A stretch of DNA of 64,000 bases from an uncultured Acidobacteriota bacterium (GTDB lineage Bacteria > Acidobacteriota > UBA6911). The position numbers were made by a program, and so were the translations under genes. The stretch lies in NCBI GenBank assembly GCA_963827655.1, contig CAWHCF010000052.1:64001-128000 (forward strand), written 5' to 3'. Position 1 is the first letter of the stretch, and every line of letters begins with the position of its first letter. Below, in pieces: positions 1-11,493 of this stretch. Below the pieces are notes generated by a model. The model was not told where the DNA came from, made no database searches, and worked only from the letters and a program-made list of their open reading frames with translations.

Positions 1-669
1 GTCGAGGAGATAGAGACGACCGGCGGCGCGGAGGCCGTCGCGCCTGGAGCGGAGGTCTCGACACGCCAGATATTGGAGTCCTGGAAACTGCGAACGTAGA
101 CCAGACGAGACGGCAGCCCGGGCCGGGGGCGCGAAACTACCGGCATCAGACCGTCCTCGCCTACAAAAGGCAACCTGGCTGGTGTGGTTTCGCCGCCATC
201 TTTATCGGCAACCACCAACCTCCAAAGATTTCCCCGGAGACTACCTCCAGCGGTGGAAAAGAGAATCTCTTGACTGCCGGGCATCCACGTGGGGTAGCCC
301 GCATCCAGCGTGGCCGGCGTGAGCCGCTGCGGCTCACCTGCGGGGATCACGCCCTCTTCGCAGCGGAAGCCGGTAAAGCTCAGCATTTTCGAGGCTGCCG
401 ACGGCGGTAGACCAGCCACCTGCCGTCGGGAGAAATGGTTGGGTTGGTGTCGCCAAACGCAGGGGGTTGCGGATTGGTCAACTGCCTTTTCTCTCCGCTC
501 TCGAGCGCAACGACGAACAAAGCAGCCGGCTTGCCCTCACCCGGGGAGTCCGTAACAATCAAACAGTTGCTGTCAGGACACCAGGCAAGATACGGCGGAA
601 TGATGAAGTAGGTGTCGCGTACGCGGATCTCGGCCAATTTGCGCTCCGGACCGCCCAGTGGCGGGATCG
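1..669 (-). pseudogene. 5'-truncated, frameshifted TolB-like/PD40 beta-propeller gene fragment (runs off window start)
   Basis: Manual minus-strand translation across two frame changes (~400, ~350) gives PPLGGPERKLAEI..LAWCPDSNCLIV..PTISPDGRWLVY..PTWMPGSQEILFS..RLVYVRSFQDSNIWRV, i.e. repeated SPDG-type blades. There is no plausible start: similarity begins right at the hairpin repeat at ~670. Confidence 0.7.
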
Positions 670-735
670 CCTTCGTGTCTTCGTGGTTAGAGCTTTCTAA
701 CAAATACCGCGAAGACGCGAAGAAACACCAAGAAT
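670..735. repeat. 8-mer-array hairpin element (family A)
   Basis: CTTCGTGTCTTCGTGGT-TAGAGCTTTCTAACAAAT-ACCGCGAAGACGCGAAG inverted repeat; same loop motif at 15740, 43370 and 46628. Confidence 0.85.
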
Positions 736-758
736 CCTGCCCAAAAAGCAATACAAAA

Positions 759-1541
759 CTAATCGGCCGAAACATTCACCCGGACAATCGAGTCGGCGCG
801 GCCGCTCTGCTCGTCGATTTCTATCACGGCGCCGCATAGCCGCGGATTGCCGGTGGCCGGCTCCAGGCGCACAGGCATCTGGCGGATGAAGCGCTCCAGC
901 GCGAGGTCCGGTATCGAGCCGATGACCGAGTCATAGGGTCCGGTCATGCCAAGGTCGGTTATGTATGCGGTCCCTTTTGGAAGGAGCCGCTCATCGGCGG
1001 TCTGCACGTGAGTGTGAGTGCCGACCACGGCGCTGACCCGGCCGTCAAAATACCAGGCGAAAGCCTGCTTTTCGGAAGTGGCTTCCGCATGGAAATCGAC
1101 CACGATGACCGGGGTTTCTTTGCGGATTTGTTCAACCGCCGCCTCGCCGACAGTGAAAGGGCAATCAAGCGTGGGCATGAAGACACGGCCCTGAATATTA
1201 AGCACGCCCACTCGAACTCCGCAGCGGGTATTTCCGATGAAGATTCCAGTTCCGGGCGCGGAAGGCGGATAGTTTTGAGGGCGCAACAGCCTGGGTTGTT
1301 CGCTCAGGTAGGGTATGATCGCACGCTTGTCCCAGATGTGGTTTCCGCTCGTCATAAGATCAATCTCGGATCTCAGCAGCTCGTCGGCGATTTCGGGAGT
1401 TATGCCGAAGCCGGCGGCGGCGTTCTCAACGTTGGCCACACAAAAATCTATGCGTAGCTGCTGAATGAGACCGTGCAGCTTCTGCTGGATGAGCCGGCGG
1501 CCAGGCTTCCCGAAAACATCGCCGATAAAAAGGATGCGCAT
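759..1541 (-). CDS. ymdB: YmdB/TIGR00282 family metallophosphoesterase
   Basis: MRILFIGDVFGKPGR, NVENAAAGFG, TSGNHIWD, DFHAEATSEK and VGTHTHVQTAD motifs. Confidence 0.95.
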   Translation of the reverse strand: MRILFIGDVFGKPGRRLIQQKLHGLIQQLRIDFCVANVENAAAGFGITPEIADELLRSEIDLMTSGNHIWDKRAIIPYLSEQPRLLRPQNYPPSAPGTGIFIGNTRCGVRVGVLNIQGRVFMPTLDCPFTVGEAAVEQIRKETPVIVVDFHAEATSEKQAFAWYFDGRVSAVVGTHTHVQTADERLLPKGTAYITDLGMTGPYDSVIGSIPDLALERFIRQMPVRLEPATGNPRLCGAVIEIDEQSGRADSIVRVNVSAD

Positions 1542-1560
1542 AGGTCACGTGAAAACAAAA

Positions 1561-1741
1561 CGCCCCCGCGCAGCCGTGTGACATGGTCTATTTGAACCTG
1601 AAATCCAGGTGGGTGTCCTGCGCCCCGCATCAGGCAATCAAGTTCCCGAAGGAAAGACTGCTCACCGCCGAGCGACTCGGACTCCCATTCAAATAGATGT
1701 TGGCTCAAATATGTGATGCCATCACCAACATTGCAGGGGCG
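1561..1741 (-). ncRNA. ssrS: 6S RNA
   Basis: ~180 nt with complementary ends (CGCCCCUGC / GCGGGGGCG), UUGAGCC..GGUUCAA pairing and CCCACCUG..CAGG, directly upstream of ymdB as is typical for ssrS. Confidence 0.85.
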
Positions 1742-1789
1742 ACGCTCATGATAGCCGGAAGGCGCTGGAACGGTCAAGGAACCCGCCCG

Positions 1790-1870
1790 CTTCGCGCCCT
1801 TAGCGTCTTCGCGGTCACTTTTGTGCACCAGCACTAACCGCGGAAGACATACAGAAGACGTAAAGAAGGC
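1790..1870. repeat. degenerate 8-mer-array hairpin (family A)
   Basis: CTTCGCGCCCTTAGCGTCTTCGCGGT ... ACCGCGGAAGACATACAGAAGACGTAAAG, just past the uvrA stop. Confidence 0.65.
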
Positions 1871-4846
1871 TTACGAAACTCGGACGGCGGGACGACTTTT
1901 CTCGCTTTTCTTTAGATAGTCCTTCAAGAACTGGCCGGTATAGGAGCCGCGGGCTTGCAACAGGTCATCCGGAGAACCTTCAAAGACACTCCGGCCCCCC
2001 TTCGCCCCCCCTCGGGTCCAAGGTCAATGATCCAGTCGGCGGTCTTGATCACATCGAGGTTGTGCTCGATCACGATCACCGAGTTGCCGGCAGCTGATCA
2101 GCTTGTCGAAGGCGGAGAGGAGCTTGCGGATGTCGTCGAAGTGCAAGCCGGTCGTCGGCTCGTCAAATATGTAAAGCGTGTTCCGGGTGGCCTTCCTGGA
2201 AATAAAAGAGGCCAGCTTGATCCTCTGAGCCTCGCCTCCCGAGAGCGCAGTAGCGGACTGGCCCAGACGAAGATAACCTAATCCGACTTCCTCCAGAACC
2301 TTGAGCTTGCGCGTCAGCCTCGGATTTCCTGAGAAGAAGGCGATTGCTTCGTGAACAGTAAGATCAAGGACATTCGAGATATTCTTTCCCTTGTACTTGA
2401 CGTCCAGAACGGAGCTCTTGAAGCGCGTTCCCTTACAGTCTTCGCAGGTCAGCTCCACATCAGCCAGGAATTGCATCTCGACCGTGATGGTGCCGCTGCC
2501 CTGGCAGGTTTCGCAGCGACCCCCGGCGAGATTAAATGAAAAGTGGCCCGGTCCCAGGTTCCGGGCATGAGCGTCGCGAGTACCGGCGAATATGTCGCGG
2601 ATGTCCTCAAATGCCTTTACATAAGTTACCGGATTTGACCGCGGCGTCCTTCCGATGGGAGACTGGTCGACCAGCACAGCATCCGTGATGGTCTCCGCGC
2701 CGCTGATCGAATGGTACCCATCGGCCGGATCCTTTCTTTCCCCCTTGGCCCTTTTTACCGCGAGGTAAAGAATATTGTGCACCAGGGTCGACTTTCCGCT
2801 GCCGCTGACACCGGTCACGCAGACAAACATGCCTAGAGGAATCCGGATATCGAGGTTTTTCAGGTTATGTTTCTGGGCTCCCCGCAATTCCAGGTAACGG
2901 CCATTGCCCTTACGCCGGAATAGTGGAGTATTTATCTTCAGCTCTCCGCTCAGGTAACGCCCGGTCAGAGATCTGGGTTCTTGCAAAATGCCGTCGTATC
3001 TTCCCTGAAAAACAACCTCGCCTCCGGACTCGCCGGCCCTGGGGCCGAGATCGATCAGGTAATCCGCCGAACTCATGATCTCGGCGTCGTGCTCTACCAC
3101 CAGCACCGTGTTCCCCAGTTGTTTGAGATTCTTGAGTATTTCCACCAGGCGCTGGCTATCGCGAGGATGGAGGCCGATGCTGGGTTCGTCAAGTACGTAC
3201 AGCGTCCCCACAAGCGTGGATCCCAGCGACGTAGCCAGCTGTATCCTTTGCGATTCTCCCCCCGAGAGCGAAGAGGAGAGACGATCAAGCGTGAGATAGT
3301 CAAGCCCCACCCTGATCAGCAGGTCCAGGCGATACCGAATTTCATCGAGAATTCTCCCGGCGACCGAAATCTGGTGAGTCGAAAGGTTCACTTCCCGGAA
3401 GAACTGCGCCGCGTCGGCGATCGTCAGCCGCGCAATCTCAGGAAGGCGCTTGCCTCCGACGACGACGTCGCGGGCGGCCGGGCACAATCGTTCACCCCGG
3501 CAGCTCAGGCAGGTCGTGTAGCCCCGATACCGGCTGATAAAGATGCGCACGTGCATCTTGTATTTCTTTTCTTCCAGGTGATTGAAGAAGCCAACGATGC
3601 CTGGAAAGTCCCCGCTACCATTAATAATCGCCTCCTGTGATTCCCGGGGAAGATCGGACCAGGATGTCCCAACGTCTATTCCGCGTTTTCCCGCGAATTT
3701 CAGCAGACGTTGCTGAAAACCGCGATAGCGCGGCTTGTTCCATGGGTCGATCGCGCCTTCTTCCAGGCTTTTACTCTGGTCGGGAATGATCAGATCCAGG
3801 TCAAGCGTCATGGTGTTCCCAAAGCCCTGGCAGTTCGGGCAGGCGCCGAAAGGGTTATTGAACGAGAACAGACGGGGCTCAGGTTCTGAATAGGAAAGAT
3901 GACAGAGCTGGCACTCAAACCTCTCGCTGAACTTGACCAGGATACCTGCCGGATGCTCGACCCAGCGAACCTGCGGGAAATGCTCCTTCAGCATCTGCTG
4001 GGTTTCCTGCGGAGACGGCGTCAGCAAGACCAGCTCGATCCGGCCTTCCCCTTCGCGTCCGCAAAGCTCCAGGGAATCAATCAGCCGCTTCCGAATGTCC
4101 GGCTTGACGATCAGCCGGTCGACCACGACATGAGCTTCCTTGCGTGCACTGCGCTTCAGAGTTTCAAGTGCCTCCGCCAGGTCGACCAGCCGGCCGTCGA
4201 TCAGCAAGCGCACAAATCCTTGCTGTTGTAACCCGGGGAGCATGACGGCCAGTTTCTCTTCGGGTTTTTGATCTCGGGTGGCGCTCAGCACCCGCCCCGC
4301 CGGCCCTTGGCGCTTGCCTCCAGGCTTGCGTACCGGCGCGCGTCCAGCCTCGAGCGAAAGAGGAAAACAAAGATAAAGCCGGGTTTCTTCCGGCAAATCC
4401 ATTACAAAGTCTGCGATCTTCTCGGGGGTGTCCTTCTCGACGCGGCGGCCGCAGGAATGGCACACGGTGACTCCGATCCGGGCATAGAGCAGCCGGAGGT
4501 AATCGTTGATTTCGGTGACCGTCCCTACGGTTGACCGCGGATTGCGTGTGTAGTTCTTTTGGCGGATCGCCAACGCCGGGCAGATTCCCAGGATGTCATC
4601 CACTTCCGGCTTGCTGATCCGCTCCAGAAACTGGCGCGCGTATGCCGAAAGCGATTCCACGTAACGTCGCTGCCCCTCGGCGTAGAGCGTGTCAAAAGCA
4701 AGAGTACTCTTGCCGCTGCCGGACACACCGGTAACCACGGTAAGCGAATTGAGAGGAATCTCAACCGTGATGTTCTTCAGGTTGTGAACTCTGGCGCCGA
4801 CTACGACAATGCTGTCTTTCGCCGGCTCGGGGTCGAGTGGAGTCAT
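1871..4846 (-). CDS. uvrA: Excinuclease ABC subunit A (frameshift near 2095, probable sequence error)
   Basis: [10 protein letters not shown], two Walker A motifs [10 protein letters not shown], two LSGGE signatures, Zn-finger CxxC pairs. The C-terminus [29 protein letters not shown]...YTGQFL continues in another frame to a stop at 1871. Confidence 0.95.
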
Positions 4847-4859
4847 CCGCAGCCACATT

Positions 4860-4935
4860 TCTTCGAGTCTTCGTGCCTTAGCGGTCGGGTTCTGGTCCCG
4901 CGCATTGACTACGAAGACACGCACACACCAAGAAA
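4860..4935. repeat. degenerate 8-mer-array hairpin (family A)
   Basis: CTTCGAGTCTTCGTGCCTTAGCGGT ... ACTACGAAGACACGCACACACCAAG. Confidence 0.65.
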
Positions 4936-5010
4936 ACGAAAAATGTTATTTTTGACGGTCCGGCTTGTCAACTTGATATTCCGGAAGCGGCGATGACATA
5001 ATCCGCTCGA

Positions 5011-6030
5011 ATGGAATCTCCAGCTATTCAAATCAGCGCAGTCAATCCAGCCATAGGAGTCGCCGGCGGGGAAGTAGGAATCCAGGGCAGCGGATTTCGG
5101 CCGGGCCTTCCTGGATCGATCAAAGTCCTGTGCGGCGAAATCGAGGCGCATATCGTCTCCGCGTCCGAAGAGTACGTCATCATTCAACTGCCCGAGAGCC
5201 CGAGTGCTCTCGGAATCACACTGAGGGTAGGAGACAAGAGCTCCGCGCTGTTTCCTTTTAGCTTCGCGGCCAGGCTGGCGACTGGGCTGCATCCGGTCAC
5301 GAACCCGCTGATCGCGCCCGACGGCACAATCATAACGACGATCAGCGGCGCTCGCGGGCAGCAAACCCCTCAACCGCTCGTGCGCATCACCCAGTCGGGA
5401 GAAAAAGTCCCGTTTCCGTGCGAGATCATGAATCCCACGGGGCTTGCTTTCGGGCCTGACGGCCAGCTTTATGTTTCAAGCCGCGCCGATGGCGCTGTCT
5501 TCTGTTACCGGGATTTCCAGAATCTGGAAGTGGTCGCCGATGATCTTGGCGTTCCATGCGGATTGGTCTTCAATTCAAAGGGTTTCCTCTTTGTGGGGGA
5601 CAGGTCGGGCAGGATCTACCAGCTGGATCTTGCGACCGGAAAGAAGGAGTTCGCTTCGCTGCCCCCCAGCGTTTCGGCTTACCACCTGGCGATCGACGCC
5701 CAGGATCACCTTTACGTCAGCGGGCCGACTCTAGCCACAAGGGATGTGCTCTACAGGGTCACACCGGATGGCCATGTCGAGACCCTCGTGCAGGGTCTGG
5801 GCCGTCCTCAGGGAATGGCGGCGCTCTCAGACGGCACCCTTCTGCTGGCCGCATCCTACGGCGGCAGCAAGGGCGTTTTCAGAATCTCCGCACGCGAGGG
5901 GAAAATCGAACACTACATCGCAGCGCCGACCCTGGTCGGGGTGGCGGTTTCGGGAGGAGACGTCGTTCTGGCAGACAATTCGTCGGTTTACCGCGTCAGG
6001 TTAGACGGTGCTTCATCGAGACCTTCGTAG
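5011..6030 (+). CDS. IPT/TIG domain plus SMP-30/gluconolactonase (NHL-like) beta-propeller protein
   Basis: N-terminal PAIQISAVNP..GGEVGIQGSGF Ig-like motif; repeated NPTGLAFGPDGQLYVS / PCGLVFNSKGFLFVGD / PQGMA blades. Confidence 0.75.
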   Translation: MESPAIQISAVNPAIGVAGGEVGIQGSGFRPGLPGSIKVLCGEIEAHIVSASEEYVIIQLPESPSALGITLRVGDKSSALFPFSFAARLATGLHPVTNPLIAPDGTIITTISGARGQQTPQPLVRITQSGEKVPFPCEIMNPTGLAFGPDGQLYVSSRADGAVFCYRDFQNLEVVADDLGVPCGLVFNSKGFLFVGDRSGRIYQLDLATGKKEFASLPPSVSAYHLAIDAQDHLYVSGPTLATRDVLYRVTPDGHVETLVQGLGRPQGMAALSDGTLLLAASYGGSKGVFRISAREGKIEHYIAAPTLVGVAVSGGDVVLADNSSVYRVRLDGASSRPS

Positions 6031-6047
6031 GAACAGGCAACCACCAA

Positions 6048-6113
6048 GACAGAAGTCAGAAGTCAGGAGTCAGAATAATTCTGGCTTCTGGCTCCTGGCT
6101 TCTTGCTTCTGTC
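6048..6113. repeat. 7-mer-array hairpin (family C, AGAAGTC/GGCTTCT)
   Basis: GACAGAAGTCAGAAGTCAGGAGTCAGAAT-A-ATTCTGGCTTCTGGCTCCTGGCTTCTTGCTTCTGTC, between convergent genes and overlapping the oxidoreductase stop. Confidence 0.9.
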
Positions 6114-7250
6114 ACGCAACGCTTCCATCAGGATGCGGGGAGAGTGGATCAGCAGCTGCTTTCGCAGGGCGTCGTAGCCATCGGCACCGCAGATAAGATT
6201 GTCGGTCAATCGTTGCACCGTCGGACTAAGGCGGGTGATCTGGACGGCGCGCGTGGTGAAAGAACCGAAGAGAAACCTCCCGCCGTAAAAATGGTCTCGC
6301 CATTTCGCCGCGCGTTCGAGCTCGGCGCCGAAGTCCTGTCTCCAGACCGCTTCATACTCCAGAGGATCGTCGCTCAGCCTCGATTGCGCCAGAAGCTCAG
6401 CCGAGCGCAGCGCAAAATAGATTCCCTCGGCGGTAATGGCGTCGGCAAAACCCGCGGCGTCGCCAAGCAGCGCCCAGTTGCGGCCGCAAATCCTTTGCCG
6501 CATTAGACTCTCGCGGCTCAAACAAGGAATTCGTGCCGCATAGAAGTTCATGTCGCGCCCCGCGCCCGGGTAGTTGCGCACAATGAATTCGACCACGCGT
6601 TGTCGTAGATCCCGGGCATTGGCAGAAGGAAGCCGTCGCAAGATGCCGACCGACGAGTGGTCGACGCGGGGAAAAGACCACAGGTAACCCTGAAACCCCG
6701 GCTCCTGAAACAGAGCCAGAGCCGTGTCCCGATGGTACAGTCCTGGGAGATAGAAACCCAGGGCCAGTGAGAGATCGCCGGCTGAATATTTTCCGGCGGT
6801 CACAGCCCTTACCGAACTGCAGGCGCCATCCGCGCCCACCAGAAACGATACTTCGTATTGCCCCCGGTGAGTCGAGATGGCCCACGCTTCCCCAACAGGG
6901 GTAAAACCCGTAGCCCTTTCGGGAATGAATCGCGCGCCCGCTTGCATGGCCGCATCGCGCAGCGACAGATCAAGCGTCGCGCGGGAGAAGATGTAGATGG
7001 GCCGCCGGAGCGGCAGCTCGGCGGCGCGTCCGTCCTTCGTAGTCATTCGCAGAGTGCGAATCTCCGTGTGCGGCAGCGGGTGTTCGCGAAACCACGAGAT
7101 TCGACGCAAAGCCTTCGAAGTCACTCCGCCTCCGCAAGGCTTTTCTTTTTCCGTGCTCCCGTCGAACAATAAGACCTCGTGTCCCAAACGAGACAGAAGC
7201 AAGGCGGCGTACGAACCCGCCAGCCGGCCGCCAATGATTCCGATTCGCAT
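6063..7250 (-). CDS. NAD(P)/FAD-dependent oxidoreductase, geranylgeranyl reductase family
   Basis: MRIGIIGGRLAG Rossmann start, EKPCGGG, VGADGA, GYLWSFP, LGDAAGFADAITAEGIYFA. Confidence 0.9.
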   Translation of the reverse strand: MRIGIIGGRLAGSYAALLLSRLGHEVLLFDGSTEKEKPCGGGVTSKALRRISWFREHPLPHTEIRTLRMTTKDGRAAELPLRRPIYIFSRATLDLSLRDAAMQAGARFIPERATGFTPVGEAWAISTHRGQYEVSFLVGADGACSSVRAVTAGKYSAGDLSLALGFYLPGLYHRDTALALFQEPGFQGYLWSFPRVDHSSVGILRRLPSANARDLRQRVVEFIVRNYPGAGRDMNFYAARIPCLSRESLMRQRICGRNWALLGDAAGFADAITAEGIYFALRSAELLAQSRLSDDPLEYEAVWRQDFGAELERAAKWRDHFYGGRFLFGSFTTRAVQITRLSPTVQRLTDNLICGADGYDALRKQLLIHSPRILMEALRDRSKKPGARSQNYSDS

Positions 7251-7368
7251 ACCCGGCACTATACTCGCAAATCTCCCGCTGCGGCGCGTGTTTCACAGCT
7301 CCCCTTGCCTCTCGGCGGCTACGGGGGCCACGCACTGCGAAGGACGCGACAGAATCACGACGCGGCTA

Positions 7369-7433
7369 GCCACGGATTCCACGAATTTCATGAAATCTAA
7401 ATTGGCTCTGTGGAAATTCGTGGAATCTGTGGC
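7369..7433. repeat. 9-mer-array hairpin (family E)
   Basis: GCCACGGATTCCACGAATTTC ... GAAATTCGTGGAATCTGTGGC, a 21-bp inverted repeat with one G.T pair. Confidence 0.8.
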
Positions 7434-7544
7434 GGCTGCTTTCGCTCTCTGCTCGTGGAGAATCTTGCCCGGAAAACAAACCGGTTTTCCCTTGTTATAC
7501 TAAAGAAAAGATAAGTTACTGCTCTGCTATAGTAACTTCGTTCT

Positions 7545-8681
7545 ATGGATGGCTCTCGCGACCCGATCTCTTTCAGCTTCAAAGTCCTCCAGAAAGATTC
7601 AGGCACCTCGGCCCGCCTGGGCATTATCCGGACGGCTCACGGAGATGTTCAGACGCCGGTCTTCATGCCGGTCGGGACCGCGGGCGCGGTCAAGGCCATG
7701 TCGCATGAGTGGCTGGAAATGCTCGACGCCCAGATTATTCTGGCCAACGCGTATCACCTGTATCTGCGTCCCGGTCACGCTCTCATCGGGCGCTTGGGTG
7801 GGCTCCATCGCTTCATGTCATGGAAGAGGCCCATCCTGACTGACAGCGGTGGATACCAGGTCTACAGCCATCGGGAGCTCCTCAGGATAAACGAGGAGGG
7901 AGCCTCGTTCCGGTCTCATCTTGACGGAAGTCCTCATCTCCTGACCCCGGAGAGCGTCGTAGACATCCAGCAGGCCCTGGGATCCGACATTCTCATGGTT
8001 CTGGACGAATGCACACCCTATCCCTGCAGTCACGCCGAAGCGGAGCGCTCGATGGAGCTTTCAATGCGCTGGGCCAGAAGGGGCCTGGCCCGCTGGCATC
8101 AGACGGGTGACGGGTCTCAAGCACTGTTTGGCATCGTGCAAGGGGGGATCTACTCGGACTTGAGACGTCGGTCAGTGGAGACTCTGCAGGAAATGGGCTT
8201 CCCTGGGATTGCCGTGGGTGGCCTGAGCGTGGGAGAGCCCAAAGACGCGATGTTCGAAACCCTGGGTCACACTGCGCCACTGCTCCCGTGGGACAGGCCG
8301 CGCTACCTGATGGGGGTGGGCACACCGAAAGATCTGGTCCGCGCCGTGGCCTGCGGCATCGACATGTTCGATTGTGTCCTGCCGACGCGAAACGCGAGGA
8401 ACGGTTGCCTTTTCACGAGCCAGGGACGAGTGTTGATAAAAAACGCGCGCTACGCTGAAGACGATCGAGCGGTAGACCCCGGCTGTTCTTGTCTTGTCTG
8501 TCGCAGGTATTCCCGGGCCTATCTGCGTCACCTGTTCATGTCCGGCGAGCATCTTGCCGCCATTCTGAACACGTTTCACAACCTCGCCTTTTATCTTGAC
8601 ACCGTACGGGAAATAAGGGAGTCTATCGCGTCCGGTACTCTTGGTAAGTACTTGGAGGAAATGGAGAAAAGGCCCGATTGA
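7545..8681 (+). CDS. tgt: tRNA-guanine transglycosylase
   Basis: TPVFMPVGT, LTDSGGYQV, GIVQGG, YLMGVG, DMFDCVLPTRNARNG, CxCxxC zinc site. Confidence 0.97.
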   Translation: MDGSRDPISFSFKVLQKDSGTSARLGIIRTAHGDVQTPVFMPVGTAGAVKAMSHEWLEMLDAQIILANAYHLYLRPGHALIGRLGGLHRFMSWKRPILTDSGGYQVYSHRELLRINEEGASFRSHLDGSPHLLTPESVVDIQQALGSDILMVLDECTPYPCSHAEAERSMELSMRWARRGLARWHQTGDGSQALFGIVQGGIYSDLRRRSVETLQEMGFPGIAVGGLSVGEPKDAMFETLGHTAPLLPWDRPRYLMGVGTPKDLVRAVACGIDMFDCVLPTRNARNGCLFTSQGRVLIKNARYAEDDRAVDPGCSCLVCRRYSRAYLRHLFMSGEHLAAILNTFHNLAFYLDTVREIRESIASGTLGKYLEEMEKRPD

Positions 8682-8784
8682 GGGATGCGTTCCCAACGTC
8701 GGCTGTTCCAAACTGCATCCTGCGATCGCGTTAGCTCTTGGGTCTGCCAACCACGACGTTTCTGGAAAGGATCAATCGGAATCG

Positions 8785-9123
8785 ATGGGTTTCCCCGCAC
8801 TAGCACAAGCTGCAGTCCCCGAAATCGTGATACAGATGGCTCCGTTTCTTCTTATCGGAGTAATTTTCTATTTTCTACTCATAAGGCCTACGCAGACCAG
8901 GCAGAAGAAGCTGGATGCTCTCATCACAGCTCTCAAGAACGGCGACAGAGTCATTACAAACTCAGGCATCTACGCCGTCGTGGCGGGAGTTAAAGATACA
9001 ACCTTTATTCTCAAGATTGCCGACCAGGTGAAGATCGAGATCTCAAAAAACGCCATCGCCGGGCTCCAGTCTATAGAAGAGCCCGCAGCACCTAAAGCAC
9101 ACTCACCCAACGTCGGACGGTAA
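8785..9123 (+). CDS. yajC: Preprotein translocase subunit YajC
   Basis: IFYFLLIRP..Q...LKNGDRVITNSGIY motif; located downstream of tgt. Confidence 0.92.
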   Translation: MGFPALAQAAVPEIVIQMAPFLLIGVIFYFLLIRPTQTRQKKLDALITALKNGDRVITNSGIYAVVAGVKDTTFILKIADQVKIEISKNAIAGLQSIEEPAAPKAHSPNVGR

Positions 9124-9320
9124 GCTCGTCGAAACGATCGACAAGGCCTTGACCATGCAAGAGACACCCGCCGTATTCGCGTTTTCACGGCGGCTTTTCG
9201 AACTGCTCCTTGCCAAGCGAAAGGTTAAGGCTTTATCGATGTGTTTTGCAGGGAACTTCCGAGTGTGGGCGGGGTCCAATAACTTCGCAGAAGAAGTCTG
9301 GGTGGTCGATTGCGAAAGTG

Positions 9321-9402
9321 CTCTTAGTGTTTCTTCGTGTCTTCACGGTCAGCGCAACAGATAACAGACAGGACACAAAAGACACGAAGAAACACCAAGA
9401 AA
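9321..9402. repeat. 8-mer-array hairpin (family A)
   Basis: TCTTAGTGTTTCTTCGTGTCTT ... AAGACACGAAGAAACACCAAGA. Confidence 0.8.
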
Positions 9403-9478
9403 TCCGTTCTTGTCAGTCAGGTGTCACTTGGAGGCCCGGAAGGTGTGGAATCTACAGGGATGCAGGGGCAAAAACTCC

Positions 9479-9508
9479 TTGACAGGTTTTGCGGCGCGAG
9501 ATTAAGAT
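9479..9508 (+). promoter_or_regulatory. putative sigma70 promoter of the tonB operon
   Basis: TTGACA-N18-TAAGAT ~70 nt upstream of the start codon. Confidence 0.5.
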
Positions 9509-9580
9509 CGCGTCCTCTGTTTTCGGCGCCGCAAACACCCCACTTTTCAAGCACCAAAGGGCCGTCCACGAGGGGGAAAA

Positions 9581-10336
<756 letters not shown>

Positions 10337-10370
10337 ATTGATTTAACTCGCACCGGAGATTACAAATTTT

Positions 10371-11051
10371 ATGGGACAAATGAACATAGTTGAATTGTGG
10401 AACGCGATGGGCTGGATAGCCAAAGGCGTCGTTATCATTCTGGCCATCATGTCAGCCTATTCGATCAGCGTGATGATCGAACGGTGGATAACCTATCGCC
10501 AGGCGCGGCAGCAATCCCGCGTGTTTACTCCCGCTGTTGCGGAATGCCTCAAGGAGGGAAAGATCGATGAAGCGATCGCCCTCGGCGAGCAGAACAACAA
10601 GAGCCATCTGGCCAAGGTGCTGATAAGCGGATTACACGAGCTTCAGGCGCACTCCAGGAGCAAGGAAATCCCAGGGGAGACGATTGAAGCGGCCAAACGG
10701 GCACTGGATCGAGCCACGGCGATCGGAATCGAGGACCTCAAACGAGGCCTGGGCGGCCTGGCAACAATCGGTTCGGTGGCGCCTTTCGTCGGTTTGTTTG
10801 GAACGACTATCGGGATCATCAACGCTTTCCAGGGAATGAAGACTGAGGAAACCGCCGGAATTGCCGCGGTCGCCGGCGGGATTGCGGAAGCGCTGGTAAC
10901 AACGGCTTTCGGGTTGTTCGTGGCGGTCCCGGCCGTCATGGCCTTCAACTGGTTCACGAACAAAATAGAAACCTTTACCGTGGAAATGGACAACTCGGCT
11001 TCGGAGCTGATTGACTATTTCCTCAAGAGGCGGGGGCAGCTAGGTGGCTAA
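10371..11051 (+). CDS. exbB: MotA/TolQ/ExbB proton channel protein
   Basis: LATIGSVAPFVGLFGTTIGII and GIAEALVTTAFGLFVAVPA. Confidence 0.93.
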   Translation: MGQMNIVELWNAMGWIAKGVVIILAIMSAYSISVMIERWITYRQARQQSRVFTPAVAECLKEGKIDEAIALGEQNNKSHLAKVLISGLHELQAHSRSKEIPGETIEAAKRALDRATAIGIEDLKRGLGGLATIGSVAPFVGLFGTTIGIINAFQGMKTEETAGIAAVAGGIAEALVTTAFGLFVAVPAVMAFNWFTNKIETFTVEMDNSASELIDYFLKRRGQLGG

Positions 11052-11463
11052 GCGAGGATTAGGGATAAGCAACGTCACGGCCGACATCAATGTTACGCCG
11101 ATGGCGGATATCATGCTGGTGTTGTTGATCATCTTCATGATCACGACGCCGCTTCTGCAATCCGGTATCACTGTGAATCTTCCCAAGGCCAAAAACCCGC
11201 TGGACGCGCCCGATGCCGACAGCAAAGACGCCGTGATCGTGGCGCTCACGCGGGAAGGCCGGGTTTATCTCGCCAAGAACCCTATCACTGAGGATGAGTT
11301 GATGACGCTTCTCACGGAACGCTTCACGGGCGAGATGAACAAGACGATGTTCCTGAAGGCCGATCAGGCAGTTGCCTATGGCCGCGTGGTGCAGATCGTC
11401 AACCAGTGCCGGAGGGCCGGAGTCGAAAAGATCGGGCTCATGGCCGAGAAGGAAAAACAGTAG
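11044..11463 (+). CDS. exbD: Biopolymer transporter ExbD/TolR
   Basis: DINVTPMADIMLVLLIIFMI; LKADQAVAYGRVV. Confidence 0.92.
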   Translation: MAKRGLGISNVTADINVTPMADIMLVLLIIFMITTPLLQSGITVNLPKAKNPLDAPDADSKDAVIVALTREGRVYLAKNPITEDELMTLLTERFTGEMNKTMFLKADQAVAYGRVVQIVNQCRRAGVEKIGLMAEKEKQ

Positions 11464-11493
11464 TTCCGTTGTCGCGCCGAGGAGAATTCTCCT

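Noticed and set aside
9124-9580. Riboswitch upstream of tonB (cobalamin/TPP), or a c-di-AMP riboswitch upstream of the Trk/Ktr genes
   Set aside because: No conserved riboswitch core motifs recognisable; the structure there is explained by family A repeats.
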